Positions 12,152 to 25,300 of a stretch of 64,000 nt of DNA are shown in pieces. A program made the position numbers and the translations under genes. A model generated the notes under the pieces. The model was not told the DNA's origin. It was given only the letters and a program-made list of their open reading frames with translations, and made no database searches. Position 1 is the first letter of the stretch. Each line of letters starts with the position of its first letter. The stretch covers positions 124,001 to 188,000 of the forward strand of contig MU271192.1 in NCBI GenBank assembly GCA_021432655.1, read 5' to 3'. This stretch comes from Atractiella rhizophila (Eukaryota).

Positions 12152-15100
12152 TTATTGAGTGGCATGCCTTCCTGACAAAGCGCGATCCAAGTTAAACGCC
12201 GCTGATATGGCAGAGACGTGCGTGAAAGCCCTAATCAAAAGGATCAATGTCAAATCAACTTCATCTAAGCGGACGGGCGCTTGATTCTTACTGAGGAGAG
12301 TTTCCAAGGGCTTCTCCTGACATCGATATTCTGATTATTCGGGTCAGCATGGCTGAAGAAATCGACGACGAGACTTACTCTTCGCTGAAGAGACCTAGAG
12401 AGTTCGAATACTGAATCAAGTCCTCAAACACCTCAACGGCTTTGCTGAGATATTTAGGCGTCACGCTGCCTGCCCTAGTTAAGGCTTCTACCATCCAGAA
12501 AGAGCACATGGAGAAGGCTCCTTCAGTGCCCCCAATACCGTCCTCTGCCTTATTGAAGTCATATCTGAAGACGAGATTGTTATGCGTCAGTCCGCCTAAC
12601 ATTCATGTTAGACGCCACATAACTTTCAAATAATGAAATATAGAAACCCTTTTCTGGTGGACGAAGGATTGCTTCCATAGTGCTTTGGAATCTTGGGTCG
12701 CTGGCGTGAATAAAGAAGACCTGAACAACCCAAAGTAAGCAGAGTCCGCTAGACCCCATAAGGAATGGACTGACGAGAGGCATGATGAGCAAACTAGCGT
12801 CAAGTATCTCTGCCAAAGGCGGTCAGATAAGCTGAAAATTTGAATAATTACCAACCTTGACCCTCGTAAGACTGCGCAAAAAAACCTTTCTCTTTGTTAA
12901 AACCTTTCTGCATAATCTCCTCATAAATTTCGTCCCTGATGCGATACCATTCGTTACGACGTGGACAAGGGAGAGATCTCTTCTCAGATAAGCGGATTCC
13001 TCTACAAGCGAAGTCAGGAAAGACTCTTGTAGAGAGGAGAAAATAGGTTTTTGTTCTCTCACCTGTCCAGCGCAACCCAGCACATGACCTACCCATTGTT
13101 CAAACTAGTGTCTCCGATCAGGCAATGACAAGACAGACCTTGCTGTAGGTAAAGTTCACTTTCGCGCTTCTGACTTCCCAGATAGACAAATCAGGCCGAG
13201 TCCAGTTCTCGCACACCCAGTCTACAATTTCGCGGATCTGCACCCACAAATCGTAGCTGACCGGCTCGCTAAATTTCTGTTGCAGATAAACTACACGAAG
13301 CGGTGAGGAATTTTCCGGTGCAATAGATATGGACTCACTGGCATCCATGAGTTCTCCATATATGTCTAGTTGCAAGTGGTCCTGTCATGTAGAGTTATTT
13401 CCTCGTCACCTTCATGAACATGAACATACACAGGCACCATTGCCAATGCGGACCTGCGTGAAGGCATCAGCATGGCTGGGCAAGGTGCGAACGAATATAT
13501 GCTCACTGGACGCTGACCACGATAACCCTCGAGGTGGTTCAGCTCGAATTCTTGTAACTCTTTGGAACCATGAATTGTAAACATGATCTGCAAGGGGTTG
13601 TCGCTTCCTCGGTCTCGCTCTTGGATACGGTCATGCATGAAGTCTTCGAAAAGGGTTAGTGTTTCGTTTAGAGGTTGGTTCCCAGCTTACGCATATATTG
13701 GCGAGCTTCTTCAGTGAACCCAAGCCTATTTCTCTGTGTCAGTCGCGAGCGATGGATTGGCAGCAAGGAGCCGCACCTGATGAAAGCGTAGATGGTAAAG
13801 GACGCATCTCGAACCCAACAATACCTGTAATCCCAAGTTCGACCATTTCCCTCCAGATCCTGGGAGATAACGATTCAGTAGAAAAAGATTGGTTAAAAAG
13901 AACTGTACCTCCGGTAGGGAAAATGTCGGGGCTGCGACGATACTTCCCTTGGGTTCAAAGGTGAGGAGCTGTTGATCTAGTGTGAGGAACTCTGCCGTTG
14001 AGCGTAAAATGAGTGCAGACTTTGAGAGTAATCCTAATTTGGCAGGTTAGTATAAGAGAAAAATGGAGAGCAAGGTAGGCTTACGCCGAACGCATCACAA
14101 ATTCTCTCCAGCGCCCGGTGTACGAGGACTTGCTCACCCAACCTTTCCAGTACTGGACGAATCATTAATGTGGGTAGGGTCGGGTAAGACCGCCATCTTA
14201 CCAGCTTGGTATCATTATACAGGTCGAAACAGAACCTTGGCACAAAGTCAGCACGACATAACAACAAATACGACTCCGCACTTTTCATCAATTTTGTCAG
14301 GAAGAGTAGTCGTCTCTCCTGGATCTTCTTTTGCTTTGTTCAAATTGGGAGTTGCCAACAAGGGCTTCGTTTCTGGGACCTTCTCCTTTTCGGGTTCCCA
14401 AAAAATGAACGTGACTGTTTGTGTCTCCTCCAACTCAAACTTGGCGGTAACACCAGCACCTTTCAGTCCTAGCACGGCGACAGAGGCGGAGTCCTTCTCG
14501 AAAGATACCGCCGGAGCCTTCGACGTGTCTCCAGGGCTCGAGATGTACCGTAGCTCCATCGTGAGATCTTTGGACGCGAACGTGGCTTTGGAGTGGCCCT
14601 GGGTTGTGTCTAAGGCTGAGGGATCTGCGGCCACGTTCGTGGTGTGCTCATCTCGCGCGTAGTTGAACGCAGGGTAACATTCTAGCTTCAACGGAACCCT
14701 GCCACGAACAGCCTGTAGGTCTAAATCAGAAAGCATTTTGGACACGAGGGGAGCACGAACTTCAACGCGTCGAACCAAGCAGGGATAGAGCGGTTTTTTC
14801 TGTACTGACGGCCTAGGGCGAGGAAGGAAGTCGGTCTTTGGATTCATTAGTTTATTTGAGTGCAGAAAAGAGGAACAGGCTCACAATGGTTACAACTCCC
14901 TCTTCGTGCATGAACTTACTTTGCAACACTGCAGTGTTGGGCAAGTAGGAAGCGCGAGCTGTGAACTTATCCCAAGTGGGGTGAATCTGAAAGTGTCCAC
15001 CTTTGTTTTTGTCCACGATTCTCGCGAACACACTAGGCAGTTCGAGCCAGTGTTAGAATCGCTGGTAGGGAAAGGACGAACGAACCTCGGTGAGTCGAAA

Positions 15101-15378
15101 TTTGGCCAACAGAAGCTATCGATGCTCGCATCGAGCGATACCAGAGCGGCAGTATGCATGTTCCCTAGATCATGTCTTTATATCCTGCTCGAATTCGAGG
15201 TGGATCGACGCACCGATCAGTCCATAACCCTCGATCGGCTGTCGACGCGGAGTTCAGCATTTCAGCACTTCAGCACTTTGCAATGCAGAAGACATACGAC
15301 GTATCCATCATGATCTCCTGTGGTTGAATTCCTGATGAACGGATGCTGAGATCCAACTCCTTTGGTGATGGCTGACAT
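12152..15378 (-). CDS. Glycoside hydrolase family 15 (glucoamylase/trehalase-like), many exons, no signal peptide
   Basis: [117 protein letters not shown]. Confidence 0.92.
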
Positions 15379-15591
15379 CTTGGAGCGTGAAGCGACAGGT
15401 GAGGAGGCCATAGCTTGAATTTATACGCTGAATGGTGGCTGAATGGGGCGATCGATGAATGCACGTTGCCCTAAGACCCTTTTAAGTGACTGAAGCGAAG
15501 ACCGAAGCTGAAGCTATGCTGGTTGCTTTGCTCCCCACAGCGCCAACAAACACGCCTAACAATTCCGCGGGAGTCGGTGATGCCGTGACAG

Positions 15592-15599
15592 TCACGTGA
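15592..15599. promoter_or_regulatory. TCACGTGA E-box in the divergent GH15/ZW10 promoter
   Basis: GTCACGTGAA about 40 bp upstream of ZW10 ATG 15637. Confidence 0.45.
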
Positions 15600-15636
15600 A
15601 TTCTCTCTTGCAGAACCCTTGTAAAGTTGTTAAGTG

Positions 15637-18600
15637 ATGGATTTCCAGTTGGAGCTCAACGGGAACGACGATGGGAAGAAGTACAGGAATAATTTGGAGG
15701 CGCTGGACAAGGAAATCTCTTCTGTGAAGGTACCGCTAGACGCCAATGCGAGAATTGCAGAAATGACACGTTGAGCAGCATGAACTCCATAAACAAATCA
15801 CCAGCAATTTGGCCGCCTTTACCTCTCAAACAAATTCAGCTTTTACTCTGAGAGACGACCTAAACCGTTTGAATGACCAGCAACGACAGCTGAACAATCA
15901 GTTACACGATGAACAGGTGGGTCCTCAATTTCTTCCACCTACGTCAATACCTCAAGGCTTGCGCATAGACTGGGCATATTTCCAAGCTCAAAGAGCTCAT
16001 AACTATCCACACGACTTCCAGAGCGACTTATGACTACAACTTATTCAAAGAGCAACTTCTGTCGGCGTTGCTCAACGTCTCCAAAACTTTGAGTCTAGCT
16101 CATGACCTCATATCCGAGCACGGACGGCTGGACGATGCATCCGTCAAGATGGAAGAGCTCAAGAAAATATTTTCAGACCCTAAACCACTTGAAATTCAAC
16201 GCGCACAGGTCTGGAGATCGTTAGAGAGAAGGTGGAAAGACCTGCAGGTACTTATGGAGAGCACGCTCTTCAGCTGTTGGAATCAAGCCTTCTCTTTCGA
16301 AGGAGGAACAGAACAAAAAGAATTCAAGATTGAAACAGAGGTTCAAGGTACGACTTCATTTCTTGAGGGGTCGAGCAAAGGCTGATGTTTCCATGGCTGC
16401 TCTCAGTCTCGAAGGCTCAGATTCGAAGGCTTCGCTCCACAGCGTACTGACGGCGTTTTCTGTGCTTTTCCCAGCGGCTCTCGAAATGCGTATCAAGGAC
16501 TTGTCCGGATCGATCCTACGTTCACTTTTTCTGCCCCTTCTCGAGTCCCCATCGTCTTCTTCGTCACTACTCTACACCTTATCATCCCCCACGCCGTCAA
16601 CACACGTCATCAAAATCACCGCGGAAGCTTCAGCTCTCGAACCCTTCGCAACCTTAACGGAAGTGGCTACTTTTCTGTCGGCGTACCTCTTTCCGGACAC
16701 CTTTTCTGATCCCACTCGAACCCTGTTCGCTAAACTTACAGTTCCCTCCATTCAATCTTCAATCCTATCTAATCTTCTCCTCCCATCCCTGCCTCATTCT
16801 TTCTCTAAAGAAGCATTCGCTGAATTTGAAGCCTACCTTCAAAGCGCTGTGGCTTTTGAAGACCATCTCGTCGAAATCGGTTACTTGCTCGAACAAGACG
16901 ACGACAATCGGCTTATCAAAGAGTGGAAATCCAATGTTGGACACATTGGGCGAGGAAAGTGAACAGAGAAGTGTGTGATGAATGCCGCCAGTTGGTGCTT
17001 TCGATGGACTGGGAACCAATGGAAGTAGAAGCAGAAATCTCGAGCTTTCCCCCAGAGTCTGAGTCAATACTGCAGAATGGAGAGCCAGCGCATGTGAAAG
17101 GCCAGAACGGGCATAGAGAGGAGAAGAAGGTCCCGACTTGTCCATGGAAGAAGACGATCCCTGGGGTATAGAGTCTAGTGGCGTCACTCCTCACTCCCGA
17201 AGGCAGAACTGGTGCCTCAACCGGAGGAGCCGCCGCTTCCGGCATCAGAACCTACCCAATACCAGAAGCTGAACTTCATGTTGAAGCTGGAGGAGACGAT
17301 GATGGCTGGGGCTTCGATCTCCCAGAAGAAGAAGAAGCAGAGGTCCCAAATGCTGAACCTCGGAAACTCCGCAGGGTCCAGCAGGTGGAGCGGACATCGA
17401 ACCTGAAGATGCAGGCTGGGGATTTGACGACGACACAGGGGACGCCTCTTCCTCTTCGTCTTCAGAACCTGAGGTGCCAGCCGAAGACCCAAACCTTGTC
17501 ACCACTACCCGAGCCGCCTATCCACGTCAACCCAGGACCTCGACGTCTTCCCGTCCTCGCAGCTTTGTAGGAGTGTTAGGTACCCCGTCACCTTCACCTA
17601 CCACCACGTCCTTCGGCCCATCGATACATGGGAGGCGCAAAGCAAGGGCGAGCGATAGATACGTCATCTCTGCAAAGAGTCGGAAGGTGTCAGAGCTGGC
17701 GAATCGTATTCTCGATGAGGTGGAGGCAATCGAAGAATCTAGGTACATTTAGATTTCTTTCATGGGAGATCACTACTGAAGGTAAAAGCAGCTTCACTCC
17801 TCGAGCACGGGCCAGACTTGTTCGATCATTCCTTGACGTTCTTGACCTCTACAGGGCCACCATGCCCGTGCAGCATATGAAGAAACTAGAAATCCCGGCT
17901 CTTGGAATGCAATTTTCAAACGACTGCCAATGGATCTCCCACGATATTGAACGACGCTTGAAGAAAGACAAGAATGGTCGACTGGAGAACGAAGAGGGCG
18001 TCAGCCTTGCCCTGGACCAGTTGCGGAAGCTAGGGGAGCGGTGGAGGTCGAAACAAGAGGTTGGTTGTTTCAAGTTTGGTGAGGCGTATGGGAATGACGA
18101 AACGGCAGGAGCTGCAACGTTCGGTTATTTTGGATTGTCTCAGTGGAACGGATCATTTCAAAGATGTGGGGGATGACCTTCGTTATGCGAACTGTCAAAG
18201 GAGCATCAAGCAGATCATCATGAGTCTGTCGCAGCTCTCACAGGCATGGCAGGTGTGTTTTGTCCCTTCTTTGTATGAGGGAGTCTCAATGCTCTTTAGA
18301 ATGTCGTCGCCCGGTCATACCTCTTGAAAGCATTGGGCAACATAGTCAACGAAGTTCTCACTGTCATCCTGAAAGACATCGAAGACATGGTGGACATATC
18401 TGCAGATGAAAGCGACCGACTGAACCTTCTATGTAAAAGTCTTCACGAGCTAGAAAACCTTTTCTCCGATGGAACAAGAGTAATTTCATCTTCTTCTAAC
18501 ACAGTGATACGTGCGGCTCACAGGTGATGCAGTCGGAGGTAGGAATCCATGTACCCATCTGGTTCAAATTCGTGTTCCTCAGCGAGATCCTCTCAGCTTC

Positions 18601-18792
18601 CATGGTGCGTTTTCCTTTCTCTCGTAGTGGACCGAAGTTGAGCGCTGGTGTAAGGCGGACCTTATGTACCTTTGGAACGAGGGTCACCTTCACGAGTTCT
18701 CTGCTCAGGAGATAGTGAATCTCATTACGGCTCTATTCAGCGATTCGAGCGCTCGTCAAAAGAACATCAATGCGATTTTGGGGCATCATTGA
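15637..18792 (+). CDS. ZW10: ZW10/Dsl1-like tethering/kinetochore protein, with apparent frameshifts at 16935-17365
   Basis: C-terminal ZW10 signature ILKDIEDMVDISADESDRL, VPIWFKFVFLSEILSASM, EFSAQEIVNLITALFSDSSARQKNINAIL; MQFSNDCQW. Central acidic Trp motifs (DDDGWGFD, EDAGWGFDDD) resemble the Dsl1 lasso. Confidence 0.85.
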
Positions 18793-18859
18793 GCAAAGGA
18801 AGGAAGGAGCGAATCAAAAACATGGGTGGAAATTATGGTTTATCTTGCACAAGGATAAT

Positions 18860-19850
18860 CTAAATAGCTTTGCTCTTGACAAGGGCTGCATCACAACCAA
18901 TGAGCGACGAGTACGACGATAGAAAGCGTGGAGAACGTACCCTCAACCTCGGCAACGGCAGAGACCAAAATATCCCTCTGCAGTTTCTTATCCTTCAATT
19001 GCTCAGCAACGGTAGCCTGAACGGTCTTGACAAGCTCCTTCTGTTGTGCCTCTCGCTGTTGACCCTCGTACCTGACCCACGAGTCCAACACTGACTTGAT
19101 CTCGGCAGCGACCGCCGACTTTTGACGCAGGACGTAAGCTTCGTGCTCAAGCTTCGCGGTTTCCTGTACACCAGTTGAATCAGCGAAATGGAGACAAAGT
19201 GTAAGGAGGAGAGAGCGAACCTCAGAGAGAGCGAAGAGGGCCTTGGTCACTTCCTCAACATCCTGGAGCTCCTTTACCGAGTCAATCCTCTCCCTAACGG
19301 CGGAGGTGTGTTCAGCCCTTGAGCTATTGAGGATGTCCTTGATTTTCTACAATCCCACATCACTTCTAGACCCATTCCACTGCCGTTGAGCAGAAAACGC
19401 ACGTTGATATTGGCATCAGCCCACTCCCTGTAAGGAGTCCTAACCAAAGTGGAGAGATAGGCAATGAAAGCAACAAAGGATCCGAGAATGACAAATTCGC
19501 TGTTTAAGACGATGAGCTCTTGAGAAAGGGCAGCGGCGGTGACACCGGTTCCAAGGGTGATCCATCCGGTCTTAGTGACGATTGAATTTCCAGGCAGGGA
19601 GTCAATAATCGACGCCGCCTTCACTTTGGGGTCTGGAACTGTTGACTCCCGTCACTAAGGAGGGCCGAATGGGTAAAAGGAGGAAGTACCTGTGGATTGG
19701 CGCCTGGCACTGTTTTGGGGCTTGTGAGCGAGCAACGTGGCTTTGGGACGTAAAAACTCACAGAATGAGGGGCACGGCAGGCGAGACCCTGTTCAGAGTC
19801 GTAGGCCGCACGGCGGTGAGGTTACGCCCGGCTAGTCGAAGGGCACTCAT
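18860..19850 (-). CDS. ATP4: Mitochondrial ATP synthase subunit 4 (b)
   Basis: Presequence MSALRLAGRNL; KAASIIDSLPGNSIVTKTG, TKALFALS, ETAKLEHEAY, EIKSVLDSWVRYEGQQREAQQKEL. Confidence 0.95.
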
Positions 19851-20258
19851 GTTTTTGGTGGTAGTCGAAGTTTGCTCAATACCTTGATGCGCGTTGATGA
19901 GACATTACACTTGCAACACCCCACTGTTTGTGGAGTGTAAATTATGGGATAGGACGTCGTCCATTCAGGCTTCCAAAAATCAACTAGTAAAACCAAAGTA
20001 GAATGGTGTTCGTAAATCAGGGCTCCTATTAACAAGAACGGCTGAACAAGTAATGCTGCCCATGACTGGGCTCCTGAGAGGGACAGTCTACCAGAAGACA
20101 TATCTCTGTCCAAGTGAACCACTTTAGCCTCACTTGGGAACTAAACTTCGCAAGGACGAATAGCAGTCCTATAGCAGTCCATTTATCATTGACCGAACTG
20201 CCGAGAAAGGGTTCCGAGTGGTGGAGGATGGCATCTCGCGATGATGTCCTGACTCCTT

Positions 20259-21456
20259 CTAATCAACGTCCATTTCGTCATCCAAGAGTATCTCCTCCAT
20301 CCTCTTCCTATGACTCTCCTCCTCTTTCTCCGCCGCATCGATCTTCCTATTCTTCTCAGCCGTTTTCCTCCTTGTCTTCTCAATCTCCACCAGGAGCCTC
20401 AACTCCTCCAACTTCCTTCTCTTGCGCTCCTTCTCTTGCGATAGCTCCTCAGACGAAGACCTCAGTGCGGCTGCCTCAGATTTCAAGTTTTTAATAACAT
20501 TTTCAGCCTCTTCCAATTGGGACTTCATGGCCGTTCGGTATTCAAGAATCTGACGGCCAACGCCCAGAACCATCTCCTGCGTGACTACGTTTGGTGCGGC
20601 TTGTGATGGTGGGATAGACTTGGTCGACTTGTCCGCCAAATGGGCAGATTTCCGCTTCCTCTTTTTCTTCGAGCTCGCATTGTCCACTCTGGGTAGGAGT
20701 AGCTGGGAATCGTCGAATGCCACACCTCCTTCTTCGGTGGAGACACTCTGTGAACGTTCTTCGCGGGATGTAACTTGAACGGCCTGATTGAGAGAGGAGG
20801 AGGAGCGTGGTAGTGGAGAACTGTGCTGGATCTTCACTTTAGAAGGGCTCGCAGGGAGGCGAGAAGGAGCAGGAGATGAGTCTGATGTGGGCCACATGTT
20901 GAAAGGCGAAATTGGAGTTGTGGACGCGCTGTTCCGTCCGTCAGTGTGGATACTGTGATATACGCATTGAGTAGAACGGGACCTGTCATAATTTATGGTG
21001 AAGCCAACGTCTTCATGCCAGCTGTTGAGGTGTTTTCTCGCCTCTGCAAGCATATGAGGGTCCACAATCTCCTTGTCGATTTCAAGCCAAAGACCAGATT
21101 CTGTGCTTTTCCCCCTCGTGGATCGCTCTGACCCTGGAGGACGCCACTGCAAGACGACGAACAATGACTGACCAGCCTGGAATCGCGCATTTGACGGAAA
21201 CTGGATTACAATCAGCTTTGTGGAACTTTGAAAATTAAACATTTACGACTACCGAAACGAGGTCAGACGCGTCAATCCTGGACGGTTTGATGCCCTCCGC
21301 TTGGGGATTGAAGGTGAAGGCATTGTTGGCAAGGTGGAGTTCAGCCTTGACAAGGTGGACACTTGCATTGTCTGCATCTGACTGTGCGAATTTACTAATT
21401 GGTAGAAGGAGAGGCACGACATCCAACGCTGACGAGGTCTTTCGGAGGGCTGACAT
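20259..21456 (-). CDS. Hypothetical nuclear protein: N-terminal globular region, Ser/Pro linker, KKKRKRK NLS, C-terminal coiled coil
   Basis: 327-codon ORF plus an upstream exon starting MSALRKTSS; no family recognised. Confidence 0.6.
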
Positions 21457-22302
21457 GGAAGCCTGAGTATGGACGTGTTGTGTTGATATGAGTATGATGA
21501 GGGTTGGTGCTGCTTGATGAAAACGTTGAATGCAAATAAATGACTAGCAATGACTGTCTGAGTCATTGCAGTTTAGCTGCCACTGAGAAACGTTGTCAGT
21601 TCTGATGGCGACCGTCCGTTCTCTCTCTATTGAAATCTTGCTCAGATATCGAAATCATGGACGCTCATTGGGTCGACGAACAACGGCCGGATCATACGCG
21701 CTCGAGCTTTGACCCTCAGGATCTCTGGATATGCATTCTCTCCAAGACCCACATTCAACCTTGCTCTCTAGTCTGCGACCGATAGAGCAAGCTTTCCCTG
21801 CCACTCGTTGATCTTACACCAGCACTTAGGCTTTCTGAAACAAACATGGATCTCTTTTATACGCAATATTTTCTAATCGTCAAGAAGGCAAAAGAATATT
21901 AAACCTGTGCGCCTTGGGCCTTTGATGACGCTTAAGCTCGCTCGCTACCAGTTTCTTAGGAGGGCTTGTCGACTCTTTCTCACAATGGAGCTCGAGCCGT
22001 TCCATTGAGCCGAAGGGAATGGTTGACCTATGAACGTTTAATAGCACGACTTGAAGCGGACGATACCAAGGTCGATTTTAAGGGCTTGTTGTTCCTAGAT
22101 GAAGAAACTGAATCAAATCAATGACTTTTGGCGGACATCGACGAAGATCTGGTTTGCTCCCGATATTCGTCAGTCACTCTGTTAACCTCAATCCTCCCGA
22201 TATCTTCCAGTCGCGCGATCGGTTGAGACTTGTCTTCTGCGAGATTGAGAGCGATTCATTCCATGATGAAATACAAAAAGGATTTATACAATGAGGTATC
22301 GT

Positions 22303-25300
22303 TTAAAACTGTTCCAATCGCAGATTAGTATTCCGATGAGCTAAGAGTGGCACCCAGAGCAGCTCACCTGTCTCTGAAATCCAGGATAGCCGGTCTGTTG
22401 TGGCATCATCCCATTCTGGCCGAAAGCGCCCATTTGAGGTTGAAATCCTGTAGGCTGAGGCTGGAATTGCTGCGGTGCACCAAATCCTGGTTGTACGAAT
22501 CCTGGATCAAAGAACGATTAGACTGAAGATGTATCAGCGACAAGACAGTGCTTACCAGTTGGCTGTGGGCGTAAAGCATCGTATTTTTCTGACGTCGCAA
22601 GTAAATACTTTATATTGGAACAACGGAAAGAAAACTGACCAGCAGACTGAGGTGCATTGTTGTTATCATTAGCAAACGTTCCTGACTTCATCTGAGCGAA
22701 AACATTAGCGGGCTGGAACTTGGCGTTGTTCGCTTGGTTCTGTTGCTGGGACGGTGGCATGGGGAGGAACTGTTTCAGAGGCTGCTGAGCTGGTTGGACC
22801 AAGGTTGGGGTAAAACCGGCTGGACAACGATCAAAAACATGCATGCTAAGGTATAAACGGCTTACTCGGCTGTGAAACCATCGACATCGGCATTGTAGGT
22901 GTCATCGAGCCAAAAGTGTTCGTAGGCACGAAGCCCGTGGGCTGAGGCATCATCGGCATTGCTGGTGTAAAACCCTGGGGCTGACTGGTGATGCCTCCTG
23001 CAGCGAATCCAGTAGGTTGAGGAAGAAGTGGTGCAGGGGAAGGTTGAAACCCAGTGGGCTGTGACAGGATAGGTGATGGCGATGGCTGGAACCCTGTTGG
23101 CTGCGAAAGCATTGGCGAAGCCCGTGTGGGCACGAAGTTTGTGTTTAGAGAGTTGGTCGGCACCAGAGGGTTCAGAAGGCTCTGATTGAGCGGCACTGGG
23201 GCTAAGGGACCTCGAGGAGCGGCGAATCCCGTAGGTTGCACCTGTATAGACACTATCTGAGGACTTGAGAAGGTCGAGATGGGAGGGCTGAAAGTTGGGG
23301 CCGTTTGAACGAAGGTTGGTGTGGGTTGCGCGATTGTAGGTGTTGGTTGAGCGAATGTCGCAACCGGCGGAGAGCTGACGGATGGGGGAGGAGCAGACGT
23401 GGCTCTGTCGGTGATTCCGAGCTGGGCAAGCAACTGGTTATTGTAGGTGTCGGTGGTGGAAGGACCTGTAGATTCTGCCCGTGGTGCAGTGGCAGGAACA
23501 TTGATGCTTGGAGTCGACTGAGGGGCTGAGATGGCTGGAGGAGGAGTTGGAGCAGCAGCAGCAGCAGCATTTGACATCTCAATGAGGTTCTTCTCTGGCT
23601 CTGCCTTAGGCGCAGGAGCCGTAGGTTTTACTGTCCAGGCATCGTCATCGAAGCCGCTTGGCGGAGCTAGAGGAATTGTCGAGCTTGATCGTTTCGTCGG
23701 CGGTTCCTTCGACAAGGGAGAAGCTGATCTGGTAGGATCAGGGGTATTTCTCGACTTTGCGAGCTCGTTTGAAGCACTAGCAATGAGAGAAGCGTCAATC
23801 GCCGGTGTGCTGGTGTTAGACCGTGTAGGGGGTCGTCCTCTCCTCGTGCTCTTCAATCCCCCGCTGGCGTTAGTGAAGAGTCCACCACCACCAGCGTCCT
23901 CTTGAGCCTGCATCTGCCTCGCCAACTCGAGATCTCTTGCTAACTGCTCTTCATTCTTCGTCGATTCCTTACTCGGCGTCGGCGGCGGTCCGTACTTCAT
24001 CTTGATGTGCTTTGATACGCGGATGATGTCCCCTTCCCTCAAACCTAAGCTCCTCATGGTTCCCGCTTCCAAATCAACCAGCAGAGCCTCATCGATCCTA
24101 TCTCGTTCGAAAGCAGAGGCATAACGCGTACAATCGTCCACATCGCAACCTGCGTTAAGGAAAAATTCGAACCAATCAATCTTAGAAGCGTTCGACGATC
24201 GCTGAGCGCTTTTGATCTGGTCCATTTCCTTCTTTTTATCCTTCCCATTCTGTTGAACGAGTTTGCCGAGCGGAACGTCATCGTCATCTCGTTTGGAGTT
24301 CTGCTTTTGCTCCTTCCTCTCCAGTTTCTTGAGGTGCTCAATATCTTCCGATGACATCTTCGCCAGGGGAACCTCGACAATGACGCCGTTCAGTTTGTGC
24401 AACCGGATCTTCTCCCTCCTTTCATTATTATAGCCTAAGAACTCTGCTTCCACCTTGAACTGACCCGTCCGATCCTTCCACACCCTCGTTTTCGATGCAT
24501 TGGGCTTCGGCTTATCGTCCATGCTCTTCCTCCCACCTTCCGGCCCAGTGCTACTAGGCCGAGGTCCAACATCCGGTTCCTCATCGTCCCCAAATCTGAC
24601 CCTTGGACTGGCCGCACGCTTGATCTTTTCCTTCTTCTTAGCCTCAGCAGCGGCGGCGCGCTCTTCCTCCTCTCTTTCCTCCTCCTCCCGCCTTCTTCTT
24701 TCCTCCGCTTCTCGCTCCTTTTCCCTCCGCTTCCTTTCCTCTTCTTTCTTCTTCTTCTCCCTCTCTTCCGTCCGCTTCCTCTCCGCTTCAGCGCTGGCAG
24801 CGATATCTGCCGCCCTCTTCCTCGCCGCTTCCCTCTCAGCTTCTTCTCTCTCCTTTCTTTCCTCTTCCTCTCTCCTCTCCTCTTCAGCCCTCCGCTCTTC
24901 CTCTTCAGCCTCAGCAGCGGCGGCGGCGGCAGCAGCAGCAGCCCCATTGTCCGCTTCTCCCCCAGCTCCGTCCCCTTCGACATCGACGTAGGTCCGGGGC
25001 ACGACACCTTCTTGTCCGGTAGCCACTTTCCTAACCTTCAACCAGTCCTCATCATCCTGATCGGGCAACACGAGCAACTTGTCATTCTCGCTAACTGACA
25101 GCTCGTCTGCGGCTTGCGCCTCGAAATCATAGATCGCGACCGCCTTGGGCAGCGATTCCTCCTTCTTCGCGACGGGGGAAGGTGATAGCGCGGGAGGAGG
25201 AGGGACGGCTCGCGGCGCGCTGGCTGGTGGCGGCGCTGGAGCAGGCGGGGGAGAGGGAGGGGGAGAAGGTTCTGCAGGTGGAGGCGGCGGACGGGGAGTT

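Noticed and set aside
11016..15378. HAD phosphatase plus GH15 as a sugar-metabolism cluster
   Set aside because: The HAD looks HDHD1-like, the genes are convergent, and no transporter or regulator is adjacent; adjacency alone is not evidence.
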